Positions 25,430-39,385 of a stretch of DNA of 41,008 nt are shown here, one piece after another. How positions within the stretch are numbered: position 1 is the first letter of the stretch; the number at the start of each line of letters is the position of its first letter. The notes beneath the pieces are model-generated. The model searched no databases and had not been told where the DNA came from. It was given only the letters and a program-made list of their open reading frames with translations. Source of the DNA: Octopus bimaculoides (Eukaryota); the NCBI RefSeq assembly GCF_001194135.2, contig NC_068995.1, positions 19,292,260 through 19,333,267 on the forward strand. The letters run 5' to 3'. The position numbers and the translations under genes are program-made.

Positions 25430-26460
25430 GTTTAAAATGCTGAAAAAAATTATGCCACTAAAGAAAAAACGCAATCTTTCCAGAAACACTTATAAAGCAA
25501 GGAAAAATGTAGAAAACCAAAGGCGAGAGTTTCAAGACACAAGGGACATGAGGCTTTCTCAACATCAGTAACGGTATGCTGCAGTACGTTAGATGTCCCT
25601 CAATACAGAAGGGACATGACACTTTCCAAAGATCACCAAACACATGCTGCAGCACGTCAAATACATTCTCAAGAGACAAGTGGAGGAGACTATCTCAATA
25701 TCATCAAAAGAGAGATCGATGCTAGGAGAGATAACCAAAGCACAAACGTATGGAAATTTGTGAAAGATCACTCTACCACTACAAAGGTGTGGGCAAAGAT
25801 TTTTGGGGAAGATAGTCACAGGACGTTCGAGCTCGCGCCCGAACTTTGACCCAGAATCCAAAGATAATGTATGAAGTGTAAATATGCGGAATCGCCCGCA
25901 AAAAAGAAAATCAAGGCTTAACCTTCAACAGGAAAAGTGATGATATCTGTTTTTTTTAGGAAGCAAAATGGCCTCAATGGATCATTATGTGGAAAAGGCT
26001 CTAAAGTAACCAGTGTCGGATATAGGGAAATGCTGAGCAACAAACTGAACCCAGAATTTTGAACTAAATGCCGAGGTCTATTGCCAAAGTAAATGTTCTT
26101 GCTGCAGAAAACGCACACCTACATACAGCCACCTACATTGTAGAAACCATTGAAACATTGAATTCCCAATTGCTGGAGCATCATGCATATAGTCTAGATC
26201 TTGCTCTTTCCAACATGTTTGGACTGCTCACACATCCTATACGAAGTCGTCGGTTCGGTATAGAAGAAGAAGGAGTTAGGAAGAAGCGCATAAACGGCTG
26301 CGCGCCCAAGCAAAATCCTCTTAACTGAAGGAATAAACAAACTTGTGTACTGCTGGAAGAAGGGCAATGATATGCAAGAAGTCTATTTGGGAACATGACG
26401 TAAATGTTCAGCATCTACTTTTGTTTTAAAAACTTACAGTATCAGAAAGTCTTATAATAT
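25430..26460 (+). mobile_element. Decayed mariner (Tc1/mariner) transposon; TIRs not resolved
   Basis: FLGKIVTG..FDPESK (~25795-25862); PSTGKVMISVFF (~25920-25955); ENAHLHTA (DNARPH); HHAYSLDLALSNMFG (HPPYSPDLAPSD..LFG); GINKLVYCWKK..Y ending in TGA at 26396-26398. Catalytic Asp positions are mutated. Confidence 0.85.
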
Positions 26461-27536
26461 TTTATTAACATTAATAGCGCTGATTCTAATTCATATTTGA
26501 ACTTATCCTTAGTATCACGTCCGGTCATACCAGCAGATGGATTTGATACAATTTTACATACAGCCATAGACAGGCAATTCAGTTCGTCTCCGGTTCGGTT
26601 CAGTTATGTGATATTGATAAGCCACAAAAATGGTGGAACGTCGATGTCCATCGCGGCTGAATGGGACTCGGGGTTAGTTGTCTGGCCTGTCTATGACTTC
26701 ATATATTTTAACCCTCGGCGCTTTGCGAGAGTCATCTCTTTCGCGACAAATCCCAGCCGACCAGTGAGCAAGAAAAGAACATACACTGTGTATGTCTGTT
26801 CAATGGTGTTTGCAACACTAGCGCTGCTTCTAATTCAATCAAGATTGTAGTACTCTAGCTAGTGGATATTAGGCATTAAAGGAAATTCTTATGCTGATAG
26901 TCTGCCTTGAATCAAAGCCTGAGAATTTATATGTAGAGAAATCTATAGAACGTAACAAGTCTAACATGACCAGGTGAAAATAGTGGCATGTTCCTAAACA
27001 TTCTGAGCGCGAGTTTACAACTACCAGTTTCATATTTCCGATCCAGTCAACTGCCGATTCGTCGGAAACTTGAAGCCTGTAATTATTACTTGTGTAGTTT
27101 CAACACAACATGAAAAACAAAAAAGTATGGTATGCATAAATGTTTACGTAAATAGAAGTGTGCGCCTATTACTAGAATATGGAACATATGATGACATACG
27201 CGTAAAGAAATATAAAGATTTATATAGTATAAGTTCAACTTTCCAGTTAAATAAATGCAGCAAATACGTGTGCATGAGTGTGAACGCGTATGTGTGCGTA
27301 GGTGGGAATGTATGAATGGATGTGTATGGCTGTGTATGCGATTGCATGAAGGTATGTGTATGTATGATTATTTGTATGTATATCTGTAAGTATCTATTTA
27401 GTTATGTATGTGACAAAACAGGAAAATATTTTGCAAAGAATAACGATGTTATGAAATAGATGAAACAATACTCGTTTTGTTTTCACATTTATCCAACGAC
27501 AAAAATAAATGAGAACATATCACACACACGGAAATA

Positions 27537-27547
27537 ATAACAATAAC

Positions 27548-27627
<80 letters not shown>
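27537..27627 (+). repeat. (AAT)n microsatellite
   Basis: Direct reading. Confidence 0.97.
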
Positions 27628-27628
<1 letters not shown>

Positions 27629-27900
27629 GCACTGACAGCTACTATAGAAAATGAAAACAACACATGTATGAAAGTCTATACAATGTGATTTTTACTTCTC
27701 TTCTGCAGGATTGAACGATTGCCAATCGAAGCACTACATATTCTGGACCACCGACCGAATCTAAAACAATATACATTCTTATAAACGTACAGATACATAA
27801 ATATGTATATGTACTAGCATATATTTAAATATATGTGTGTCTAAATATATAATTGTAAAAGAACGTAAATAATTATATATATATATACATATATATATAT

Positions 27901-27941
<41 letters not shown>

Positions 27942-27943
27942 TT

Positions 27944-27980
<37 letters not shown>

Positions 27981-29490
27981 ATGTATATATGTATATAAAT
28001 ATGTGTGTGTGTCTGTATATATATATACTTATGTTTATACGCACATGCATAGATACTTAATATATTCTTATCCACTGAATCATGCGTCAAGACATCCAGG
28101 TATATAAATGTCTGTTGCTATGGAGATTTAGTTCTTGTTCTCTATGTAGAACTGATCCTTATTCATGCGAAGATATTAATGAGATTTCAGAAACCTTACA
28201 CCGAATGGAGCGCAGTTATTTTAGGGCGACTGTGCAACAGTTGTGTAAAATTGTACGAAATTCTTTATTATGTTTTTCTGTTCTAGTCCACATGAATTTT
28301 AGCTCCATGCATATTCTTAGTACAGTTCGGATAAAATGGTTTACTATTGATGATTTTTTAGAATTTTGTTTCTGATATTTTTGTACTTCTAGTTTGTTGT
28401 TTCATTTACGATAGCTAGCTTCCATCGTTCTCCACACAGCATTACTACAAGTCTGTCTCAAAGAATTTGGATGCATTAGTTAAAATACTCATAAAATTTA
28501 CTTTATACAAAAACATTAAATTACATGCAATGTAATACGTTAACATTTCAATATGTATGTACCGATATTGATATCTATGTACGTGTATGTGAACATATAC
28601 ATACATNNNNNNNNNNNNNNNNNNNNNNNNNNNNNNNNNNNNNNNNNNNNNNNNNNNNNNNNNNNNNNNNNNNNNNNNNNNNNNNNNNNNNNNNNNNNNN
28701 NNNNNNNNNNNNNNNNNNNNNNNNNNNNNNNNNNNNNNNNNNNNNNNNNNNNNNNNNNNNNNNNNNNNNNNNNNNNNNNNNNNNNNNNNNNNNNNNNNNN
28801 NNNNNNNNNNNNNNNNNNNNNNNNNNNNNNNNNNNNNNNNNNNNNNNNNNNNNNNNNNNNNNNNNNNNNNNNNNNNNNNNNNNNNNNNNNNNNNNNNNNN
28901 NNNNNNNNNNNNNNNNNNNNNNNNNNNNNNNNNNNNNNNNNNNNNNNNNNNNNNNNNNNNNNNNNNNNNNNNNNNNNNNNNNNNNNNNNNNNNNNNNNNN
29001 NNNNNNNNNNNNNNNNNNNNNNNNNNNNNNNNNNNNNNNNNNNNNNNNNNNNNNNNNNNNNNNNNNNNNNNNNNNNNNNNNNNNNNNNNNNNNNNNNNNN
29101 NNNNNNNNNNNNNNNNNNNNNNNNNNNNNNNNNNNNNNNNNNNNNNNNNNNNNNNNNNNNNNNNNNNNNNNNNNNNNNNNNNNNNNNNNNNNNNNNNNNN
29201 NNNNNNNNNNNNNNNNNNNNNNNNNNNNNNNNNNNNNNNNNNNNNNNNNNNNNNNNNNNNNNNNNNNNNNNNNNNNNNNNNNNNNNNNNNNNNNNNNNNN
29301 NNNNNNNNNNNNNNNNNNNNNNNNNNNNNNNNNNNNNNNNNNNNNNNNNNNNNNNNNNNNNNNTGTTCCTAGATGCATTTTCAGATATTTAGTGCATACA
29401 TAAGAATTAAAGGAAGGTTAAATCGTATCTCGTACATTGCTTATATTCTGTAGCATTCTGGTAACTAATATAAACTATACATATGAATAG

Positions 29491-29493
<3 letters not shown>

Positions 29494-29548
<55 letters not shown>
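29494..29548. repeat. (CA)n microsatellite
   Basis: Direct reading. Confidence 0.97.
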
Positions 29549-29555
<7 letters not shown>

Positions 29556-31529
29556 CAGAGTTAGCAGTTATAATATCCGACTAAGAGATAAAATATCCGT
29601 ATATACTATCGGTATCCATTACCCATGTTATCTCTGGGTATGGGTATGCAGGTATACTGTGCTTGTAGAGTACAGGTAACAACAGAATAAACAAAATTTA
29701 TCCGGAAAGAAATATAAATAATCAGAAAATGGAGAAAGCCTCAAATCAACAAGCACATCAATTGAAGCACATTTATAGCTTATTCTTTCATACACAACAT
29801 AGCATTACATTTATATGACATAAAAAATCTTACGGCCATTTCCGCATCCGGTGCCGGTCAATGTTTACAAATAATTGCAAAAATAAAATTCTTCATCTTC
29901 ATAGGACATTTGTATCAAAGCACTGTGCTTCATCGGAGGAAAACAAAGGCATCCAAAATCCACAAAAGGAAGTAATAGGAAAGAAAATATGGCGTAGAAA
30001 ATAAGTTCAGGAAGCCCAAATATGAAAAGCATATAATCTACCATCTTAGGGCTATGACGTCCGGAAGTAAGAGAGCGAACTAGAATTGGTCTAGGGAGTA
30101 AAAAATAAATTGTAGGTAATTCCAATATAAGGGGGGACCAAGATGTTTTAAAAGTTATGAAAAGAAGTTATTAAAAAAAAATATATATATATATACTAGA
30201 AGGAAACATGCTAACATGACTGTTAAGGGGCATTATCTAGGCTAACGAAAAAACTCAAGTGACACTGTATCCAAGATATTACCGTAGCGTGATTAAGATA
30301 GTTTACTCACAGAAATATTTCAGAGAACCTCATCTGTTGTCAGCAATGGGACAGGTTAAGTCCAGTGAGCTCTACAATTGTTCAATTATATTTGAACCGA
30401 GGGCATAAGGTAAAACCGTTACAATGACTATGTAAATGAAGATAAAATAAATATGAAAATAAGTAAAGGGTATGGGGGAGCAGACAATGATATAAGTGGT
30501 ACAGGGCCACTTAAGTCCTTCTGCAGCTTATCGATATAAAATGCATGAGATCAACGGTCAAATGTGCACTAGGCTAGACTTATATTTAAGGGGAGGCAAC
30601 TAGTACAGGTATTAGAAAGAATCTATATAAAAACAGCTAAACAATGACAATGGACTTAATATCATATATAGCAAATTGTGGTAATAATTAGATGTATACA
30701 GGTACCTAAGAAAATTCTATCCGATAGGTACACTAGAATGCATAATGATAAAACCACTAACATTTAATCGGTTAATATTTAAGACTAAATTGCATGTTAA
30801 TTATTATCATAGATATATTACTCAAGTTCAAACAGTATACTAAATATTCCACTGGGAATGAAGAATCTCTAGCTTTTGTTAGAAGTTCCTTCTAGGGGAA
30901 CGTAAACTCATAAAATATTAATCTGAAGTGCAGTTTGTTTCTCGTCGTCTCCGACTGTTGTGCCGCATTCTCTCCTCCAAGTCACAAATTCAACTATACT
31001 TTGTTCCAGTAATAATAGGTATGAAGATGAGAATGTATATAGGTTAATAGATTTTCACACTGCTAATCAATTGGCCATAGATCTCGTCTTTTTTTTTTTG
31101 CCTATTTTTAACCACTTTCGTGTGAAGAGAGCTCCTGATTGTCACAATAGAGCAGACTCGCCGAAATGCGTGAAGGGAAACTTTATCATAATATTGTTCA
31201 GAAAGTACTAAACTAAAAGGAAATAACATAGCATATCTGTTTCAGAATTTCATGATTATTTAACTTTACCTTTGATTTTCATGAAGTCCACTTGAGTATA
31301 TAGCTTCTAAGAAAATCATTCTAAACTATTATAAATCTACTTCAAATTTATTTACGAAAATCAAGGTATTGTATCAGACATGGGTACTCTTTCTTTTGAC
31401 ACGTATGCTTTAAATACAAGACGGGTATTTTGCACCGACATCTTGAATGCAAAAAAAAAAGATGATACGCACATATACACACAGGAAAAAAGTAAGCTAT
31501 ACTTGAAAGTAACATATATACGTGTAAAT

Positions 31530-31586
<57 letters not shown>

Positions 31587-32138
31587 NNNNNNNNNNNNNN
31601 NNNNNNNNNNNNNNNNNNNNNNNNNNNNNNNNNNNNNNNNNNNNNNNNNNNNNNNNNNNNNNNNNNNNNNNNNNNNNNNNNNNNNNNNNNNNNNNNNNNN
31701 NNNNNNNNNNNNNNNNNNNNNNNNNNNNNNNNNNNNNNNNNNNNNNNNNNNNNNNNNNNNNNNNNNNNNNNNNNNNNNNNNNNNNNNNNNNNNNNNNNNN
31801 NNNNNNNNNNNNNNNNNNNNNNNNNNNNNNNNNNNNNNNNNNNNNNNNNNNNNNNNNNNNNNNNNNNNNNNNNNNNNNNNNNNNNNNNNNNNNNNNNNNN
31901 NNNNNNNNNNNNNNNNNNNNNNNNNNNNNNNNNNNNNNNNNNNNNNNNNNNNNNNNNNNNNNNNNNNNNNNNNNNNNNNNNNNNNNNNNNNNNNNNNNNN
32001 NNNNNNNNNNNNNNNNNNNNNNNNNNNNNNNNNNNNNNNNNNNNNNNNNNNNNNNNNNNNNNNNNNNNNNNNNNNNNNNNNNNNNNNNNNNNNNNNNNNN
32101 NNNNNNNNNNNNNNNNNNNNNNNNNNNNNNNNNNNNNN

Positions 32139-32183
<45 letters not shown>

Positions 32184-32207
32184 TTATTTATTTATTTATT
32201 TATTTAT

Positions 32208-32260
<53 letters not shown>

Positions 32261-32461
32261 CGCACACACATTCACGCTAATATACTCAGTCAGTTATATT
32301 ATTTATTCTAATATATGTATTTACTTTAAAAGTTATATATATTCTTTTCAATCGCGTATATATAAACACGTACACACACACTCATATATAGATATATACA
32401 CGCACACTGATGCATGCACTTATACACACACACACACAAACTCACACTCATACACACACAT

Positions 32462-32537
<76 letters not shown>
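32462..32537 (+). repeat. (GATA)n tetranucleotide microsatellite
   Basis: Direct reading. Confidence 0.97.
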
Positions 32538-32961
32538 TGTGTGTGTGTATATCATTGTAACGTGGGTACGTAATAAATGTATATACATCGTCTAAAAGCG
32601 TCTTGGTTTATGTCTATGTGGAAATCACTGTCGCTCTTGCCTCGTTGTGTGTTCTTGTCACAACGTTATACACCTTGCTCCGAATGACACAATATCACTA
32701 CGGATGATGATTGTCTCAGGCACAGTTACAATATTATGCATTTCAACGCACATTATACCTTTAGTATGCCACACAGATGTCGATTTCAATATGTTTATTA
32801 TATATTAATGCATAACTATGTAATTCATTTTGTGATAGGAAGAGAAAACACGCATGCGTACTTTTGCGTAGAGAATTACTCGTCAAACTTCATGTAGGTA
32901 AAACATGTGTTGAACATTGAAATTAATTCGTTTATTTCAACTGTGCTAGTATAATTATCAA

Positions 32962-33718
32962 TTACACCAGCGGTATTTCGTCTGTCATTATGTTCTGAGT
33001 TCAAATTCTGCCGAGGTCGACTTTGTCTTTCATCCATTCGGGGTCGATAAATTAAGTACCAATTCTCTACTGGGGTCGATCTAATCGACTGCGCCCCCCT
33101 CCCCAAAAATTTCGGGCCTGGTGCCTAGAGTAGAAAAGAATGCTTAGCGAGATTTCATCTGTCTTTACGTTCTGAGTTCAAATTCCTCTGAGGTCGATTT
33201 TGCCTTTCATCATTTTGAGGTCGATAAACTAAGTACCAGTTGCGTACTTGCGTCGGTATAATCAGCTGGTTCCTTCCCCAAAAATTTCGGGCCTTGTACC
33301 TATAGGAGAAAAGAACTGCTAGCATGCAGGACAAAATACGTAGCTTCATTTGTCATTACGTTCTGTGCGCAAATTCCTCCAGAGTTGATATTGCCTTTTT
33401 TATTTTTCCTTTCAGAAGTTGGTTGAAGGCTATGTAAGTCGATGTAGTCAACTTCACAGAAATTATTTGCCTTGTGCTACAATTTGAAACTGTTGTTATT
33501 ATTATTATTATTTAATATCTGTTAGAACTCCGGTCAAAATGCATACCAGCATTTCGTCCGTCTTTAGTTTCTGAGCTGAAATCGCACCGAGGTCGACTTG
33601 CCTTTCATCCATTCGGGGTCGATAAACTAAGTATCAGTCAAGCACTAGTGTCGATGTGATCAGTTTATCCCTCCCTCGAGGTTGCTGGCTTTCTGCCAAA
33701 ATTTGAAACCATTATTTA
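32962..33718 (+). mobile_element. Four family A SINE copies head-to-tail (~32962-33140, 33141-33318, 33319-33510, 33518-33718)
   Basis: Each unit repeats the block order tacgttctg / aaatt..gag.tcga.tt.gcc / tail; copies 1, 2 and 4 carry cattcggggtcgataaa-like bodies. Confidence 0.85.
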
Positions 33719-36255
33719 AAATCTGCAATTACGTTTGCGTTCCTCATGAGAGAATTTTAAACAAATTTCAGTCAGTAGAACTCACTGCAGAGAAACTTCG
33801 TGACCTAACTATCGCACATATACTTTATCCTAGACACTCACATTACTGCGCACCTAAATACCCTTTGCACACATTAAATTCCAAGATCTGCGTACATTTC
33901 AGTTACTATCCATCATCTCTTCCCTTACAGACAATGGGTTTGTCCAATATCTTTTCTTCTCTACCCATCCTTCTTTCACATTTTATTCTTTTCTCTCTCA
34001 AACACCATTCTTTAATCCGAGCTCTCATTTTTCTCTCTTTTTTTTCTTTTTTCCTATTAAATTTCTATTTATATTTTCTTATTCGCTTTCTTGTTTATTC
34101 ATTTATTTATTCATTCATTTTCTTTAATTAGTTTTCTTCCTATCCTATGTTATTTTATGAAATTTCAAATTTTTGTCACTTGACTAAATGCAAAAAGAAA
34201 TTTTAACAATAACTACAATAAAATATATCGCCACCTTCACCGCTTTATGAAAGCTTCGTAAACGCGCGAGCATGGTTTCATGACATAGATATTTAATGAA
34301 TGAATATCACTAATTTATAAAAAATGAAGTTAATCTAATATAATATGACGTAATATTAGCAAACATTGTTTCTACATTAAACAATTCATTTTATCTTATA
34401 TTTCTTTAAAAACTTGAATGTGCCAAGTTATCGTTAACGAAATTAATTATAGAGTCATAATGGCAATAGTGATGGCACTTTTAATATATATTACCTTAAT
34501 GAGGCCTAAATATAAGAGAATAAGGAAAACTAATTAAATTGATTTCTACTAAGTAATTAAGAAAAAATATATTAAATACAATATTTTATTGGTCAAAACT
34601 AGAATGGGTTAAGAAGAAGCTTTGTCTTTTACAAACAATCTTCTTTATGCCCCATATATAAGCCATATTTTCCAATCCATGTATGATTCTTTTATAAGAC
34701 AACCTGTAGTCAGGAAATATTATTCCAGTTTTTTAAAAATCTATTTTGTGTCCTAAATATTTGTGCCTCACGTTGTATAAATTAGAAATAGATTCATATT
34801 ATATCACACATATATATAACTTTAGGTAATCTTAAATATATATATATATATATATACCAACTTTCTCACCTATATATATNNNNNNNNNNNNNNNNNNNNN
34901 NNNNNNNNNNNNNNNNNNNNNNNNNNNNNNNNNNNNNNNNNNNNNNNNNNNNNNNNNNNNNNNNNNNNNNNNNNNNNNNNNNNNNNNNNNNNNNNNNNNN
35001 NNNNNNNNNNNNNNNNNNNNNNNNNNNNNNNNNNNNNNNNNNNNNNNNNNNNNNNNNNNNNNNNNNNNNNNNNNNNNNNNNNNNNNNNGCTACGTTGGTT
35101 AAACTTGACCAGGGATATGAAGGTACAAATTGCTTTAATATCAATTAGGATAGAAATTAAATTAGATCTTAATGTGCTGCCTTTTCATTTAAGAAACGTA
35201 TCGACAATGAAACCACTGATTTATAATAGTTACGCATTATGTCCTTTTATATATTATATGTGCTGGTAATATAAATCAATATTATAGATGTATTAGTCAC
35301 ATAAATTGTTAACTACATAAAAGAATACTCAATTTAGAGAAATGAATAAGCTTATTTTACATAATATACAAGATAAATTTTTAGTTTAATAAAATTATCT
35401 CAGCAATCAGAAAGAATAAAAGAAAGAAAAGAGCAATCAGTGAAGGGTTGGAGGGGAGAAACTTGTACCAACTCGAAATGAGAATTGGGATAATTTCACT
35501 ACCATCGTCTGAAGAAATGAGAGCAGCTGTTGATTTGTGTTTTCGCTCCAACGAGCAGCAGCAATATAACATTTACTCTACCGCATTACCGTTTATCATG
35601 CAGACGAAACACTTACATATAAAAAGGGAAAAAAGTGGAGCATGTTTATGATATTGTTCATTTGTACAAATAGATCAAATATGAGATAAGACAAATAACT
35701 TGAGACGGCTGCTGGTAGCTTGTATTTGAAGGAAAATATGTGAATATAGAATACAAATGACATACAATATAAATTCTTGGTTTAATGAAATTACCTTCGC
35801 TTCCAGTGACGGTTGACTTTTAACTTAAATGCAATTGATACAGATCTCTTATGAAAAATTGTGATAAACCTGACATCGTTTCTTAAATGTCATGTCAATT
35901 TGGGGAAAACTCTTGATTCTGGCGATAATCTCTCATTCCCATTTGCAGAATAATACCACTGGCTACCATGGGATTGGTCTACTCCAATAAATAAAGAATT
36001 CATATTCTATGTTATTTGATATGTGAGATCTTAGAGCTCTATTTATAGTTGTTGTATGTCTTTCTACACCATTCAATAGTTTTCTGTCTTTATCTTTTCT
36101 TCCCTTCTTCTATCGTTATCGTTTTGAAAAGTAGTGTCCTATTACACTTTCAATAGATATTCAAATCATGCTATGAAATAATAAATAATAAATAATAAAT
36201 GTGCCCTTTTAAAGCCTGGTTTCCCGTGTTCTCCAGCTGGACGGAAGGTCAGTTG

Positions 36256-36401
36256 ATCATTTTTGCTAGCTGAGTGGACTGGAGCAGCATGAAATGAAGT
36301 GTTTTGCTCAAGAACACAACACGTTGCCCGGTCCAGGAATCGAAACTACAATCTTACGATCATGATGCTGACATCCTAACCACTAAGCCACGCGCCTCCA
36401 C
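36256..36401 (-). mobile_element. tRNA-derived SINE, family B head and central block
   Basis: Reverse complement gtggaggcgcgtggcttagtggttaggatgtc..gtttcgattcctggaccggg..gtgttcttgagcaaaacacttcat; A box TGGCTTAGTGG, B box GTTTCGATTCC. Confidence 0.88.
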
Positions 36402-36763
36402 CTTTGAAATTATACTTGGTTAAAAAAAATTTGGAAACCCGTTATGCATAAGTGATTCATATTATTTCTCAAGGGAAAGGGTATTTTTAAAGTTATTTCT
36501 TTCGTTGAATGTTTTTTTATAATTAGATTTATATAGATATTATGTAATAATTTGTTAACATCAGTATGACCACTGAAAATATTAAAATAAATTGAAATAA
36601 CTGTCGTAGGGCAAAGTCGATTTACAATTGAATAAATATATACTTCTACGTTTTAAAATATATAGTCTTTTACTGAGTGGAATTTTAAATTTGATTATAT
36701 ACGTATGTGTATATATGTGTTCGTTAGTGTATTGTTTTGACTGATTTGCATTCTGCCAATAAT

Positions 36764-36990
36764 TAATATTCTTTTCTACTCTAAGCACAATGCTTGACAT
36801 TTTTGGGGAGCGGGGAAGCCCTGTGGATTAGATGGAGCCCAATATGCAGCTAGTAATTAATTTATCCACCCCGAAAGGATGAAAGTCAAAGTCGACCTCG
36901 GCAGAATTTGAACTCAGAACATAAAGACAGACGAAATACTGCTAAACATTTAGCCTGACGTGCTAACGTTTCTGCCAGCACCCCGCCTTT
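36764..36990 (-). mobile_element. tRNA-derived SINE, family A, full length
   Basis: Reverse complement gctggcagaaacgttagcacgtcagg..gttctgagttcaaattctgccgaggtcgactttgactttcatcctttcgggg..agtagaaaagaat. Confidence 0.88.
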
Positions 36991-37182
36991 GCCAATAATT
37001 AATTTGAATTGCTTCACAACGTTGTTTTGTCCAGGCGTAATCCTTTCTGAAATCATACAGAGCTACCCAAATAAGCCTACCGTGTAACGATAGCTCTTCT
37101 TCCTCAGAGTATTTACAGTTATGTGACATAGATTAAGCAAATTACTGTAACATCCACCCTAATCACCTAATTAGCAAAAAGC

Positions 37183-37248
37183 GATTACCCTCATTGCTGC
37201 GATTCGGTTCATCTTTGGAAATGATGAACCGAATCGAAGAATGAGATC
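37183..37248. ncRNA. Predicted long hairpin of pre-miRNA geometry (unverified)
   Basis: Perfect 14-bp stem cgattcggttcatc (37200-37213) / gatgaaccgaatcg (37223-37236), extended by ct/ag and ctcatt/aatgag. Confidence 0.35.
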
Positions 37249-39328
37249 AAAATGTGTGCTGCGTGTACTCAGTCCAATTATGATGCTTTCAAGCTTCTAT
37301 AATGATCTGAACGCTGATTTTAAAAACACAAAATGCAACTTTGAAATACTACACCGGCGAGATTTTACATCGACACATTTTAAGAAAATTTCTGTGAATA
37401 GGCGATAATATTAGTTCAATTTCTACTACATACCCTTTACAATGTAACAACAATAAAACCTAATGCTTGTACCGATATGATCATTCGCAATATATTTATA
37501 ACCCATATATGTATATCCGTTCACCTATGTTATTTAGACAGGAAACGGATCATATGGCGCTTACATTACAAATATGGCGATCCTCATTTCCGTATTGTAT
37601 TTCATCAAGTACATTGTTCAATGCAGAGGCGATAATAGTTCTTGCATTTGGAAGCCATATTGAATAAAATGCAATCTCATTACTCTGCATTAAAGACATT
37701 TTATTAACTACGAAAATATGCAATTACATTTATTGCGAAGATGTAATTATAGATATCAAAGTATGAAATTTTAAAAATGGAAACTGAACGTATTACGATT
37801 GCTTTTTTTTTTTTTTTTTAATATTCGAAAATTTTGGAAGAAATACGATACTACACAGCCAACAGAGTTGTGCCACTAGAAAGCAGTCATTTAATGGCAT
37901 AGCCTCAAAAGCCACATGCGTTCTGGCAGCAGATTACCTAATACTAGCCGTATGCGTCGTTTCTATTTTTAGAAATTTGGGTGTCTTGTGTGCTTTTCGA
38001 GATCTTGGTTCTACTTCTCGTGAACTAACGAAGATATATAATCGTTGATTTATCTGATGTATGAAGATAGAAGCTGTATGCTTAAAGCTAGCCTTCAATA
38101 CCAAAATACACAAAGACGATAATTTGTGAATTATCATTCTGTCTCCGACTTCAGCTATTGAATACTCTATGTCCTGACCTGCATCAGGGCTAACTCGAAT
38201 GTTACCAACGATAATTGCCGGCTTACATTTGTACGTACATACATACATTCACATACATACTATCCGTTTATATATAAAGAACTGTTAGTTATAGCATTGC
38301 AAAGAATTCATAGTAGGAGTGAGCTAAGGTGCAAGCTTTGAAGTAGCAAATACTTTTCACGAAAGAAAAAAGTTATAATTATTCACTTTTGGAGAAAATT
38401 TTGGCGCCCATCTGCAATACTAAACTAATTAATTTAGTAAGTAAAAGATAAACTATATCCTGTGTTAGAAGTGAATTTTAAAATAGGTACATTGCTAGAA
38501 ATTTTGTTACATATAACCAACAATCGGGTGAACTGAATCGCTTAGGATTATCCTGTGTTTGATACAATGGCCTAGATAAATATCCGCAAATAATAACAAC
38601 CTGTCAATAGTAATTATAATTTCCGAACCATATATTGTAGATCACTGTATTCACAAGTAAAGAAGGCTGATTTCAGCTGAAATGCATTCATAGACAAACA
38701 AACATTGTTAGGTAAAACATAGCATCATTCAGTTAGAAATATTGTTCTCCATTTCCGAGATGGAATCCAACAATGCAAGAAAGGTTGAGAAGAGCATAAA
38801 TTGTACCAAATAAATGAAAACGAGTTAAATAAAATGAGATTAATTTTCCGTGTTAATGTATTAAACAAATAATTCGGAAGAATTGTATTATACAAATAAT
38901 TTGACGTGTCACTCAAATGAAGAAAGGGCACCATAAACGTAATGACAACGTTCAGAAATATTCGTGTAACAAGTGTGATAAAAATATCACACTGGAAAAC
39001 TCATCACACCTTCAAAGGCTTTGCTCGGAAAAGTTGCATTCTAAGAAGAGTTCACACTTTGAATGAAAATAGAATGGGCTGCAGTGTATACTTTTGCAAG
39101 AGGCACAGGCGTTATTTACATATTATACTCATATGTCGAAATACATACACACACGCTCATGTACACGCACGCACACACGCACACATATACTAAAATATAT
39201 TTCTGTATAACTATGTGTGCGTATATGTATATATATGTATATGTATGTGTGTGTATGCATCTATGTATATATACATAGATGTGTGTGTGTATACATATAT
39301 ACATGTGTGTGTGCGAATACATAGATAC

Positions 39329-39385
<57 letters not shown>

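Noticed and set aside
32962-33718. CRISPR-like reading of the repeated units
   Set aside because: The units are diverged ~180-bp SINE copies without a repeat-spacer structure, and there are no cas genes in this eukaryotic context.
37934-38248. Cadherin-like peptide VGNIRVSPDAGQDIEYSI in the minus-strand ORF
   Set aside because: Lacks the DxD, LDRE and DxNDN calcium-binding motifs, and it starts in a microsatellite-like tract.
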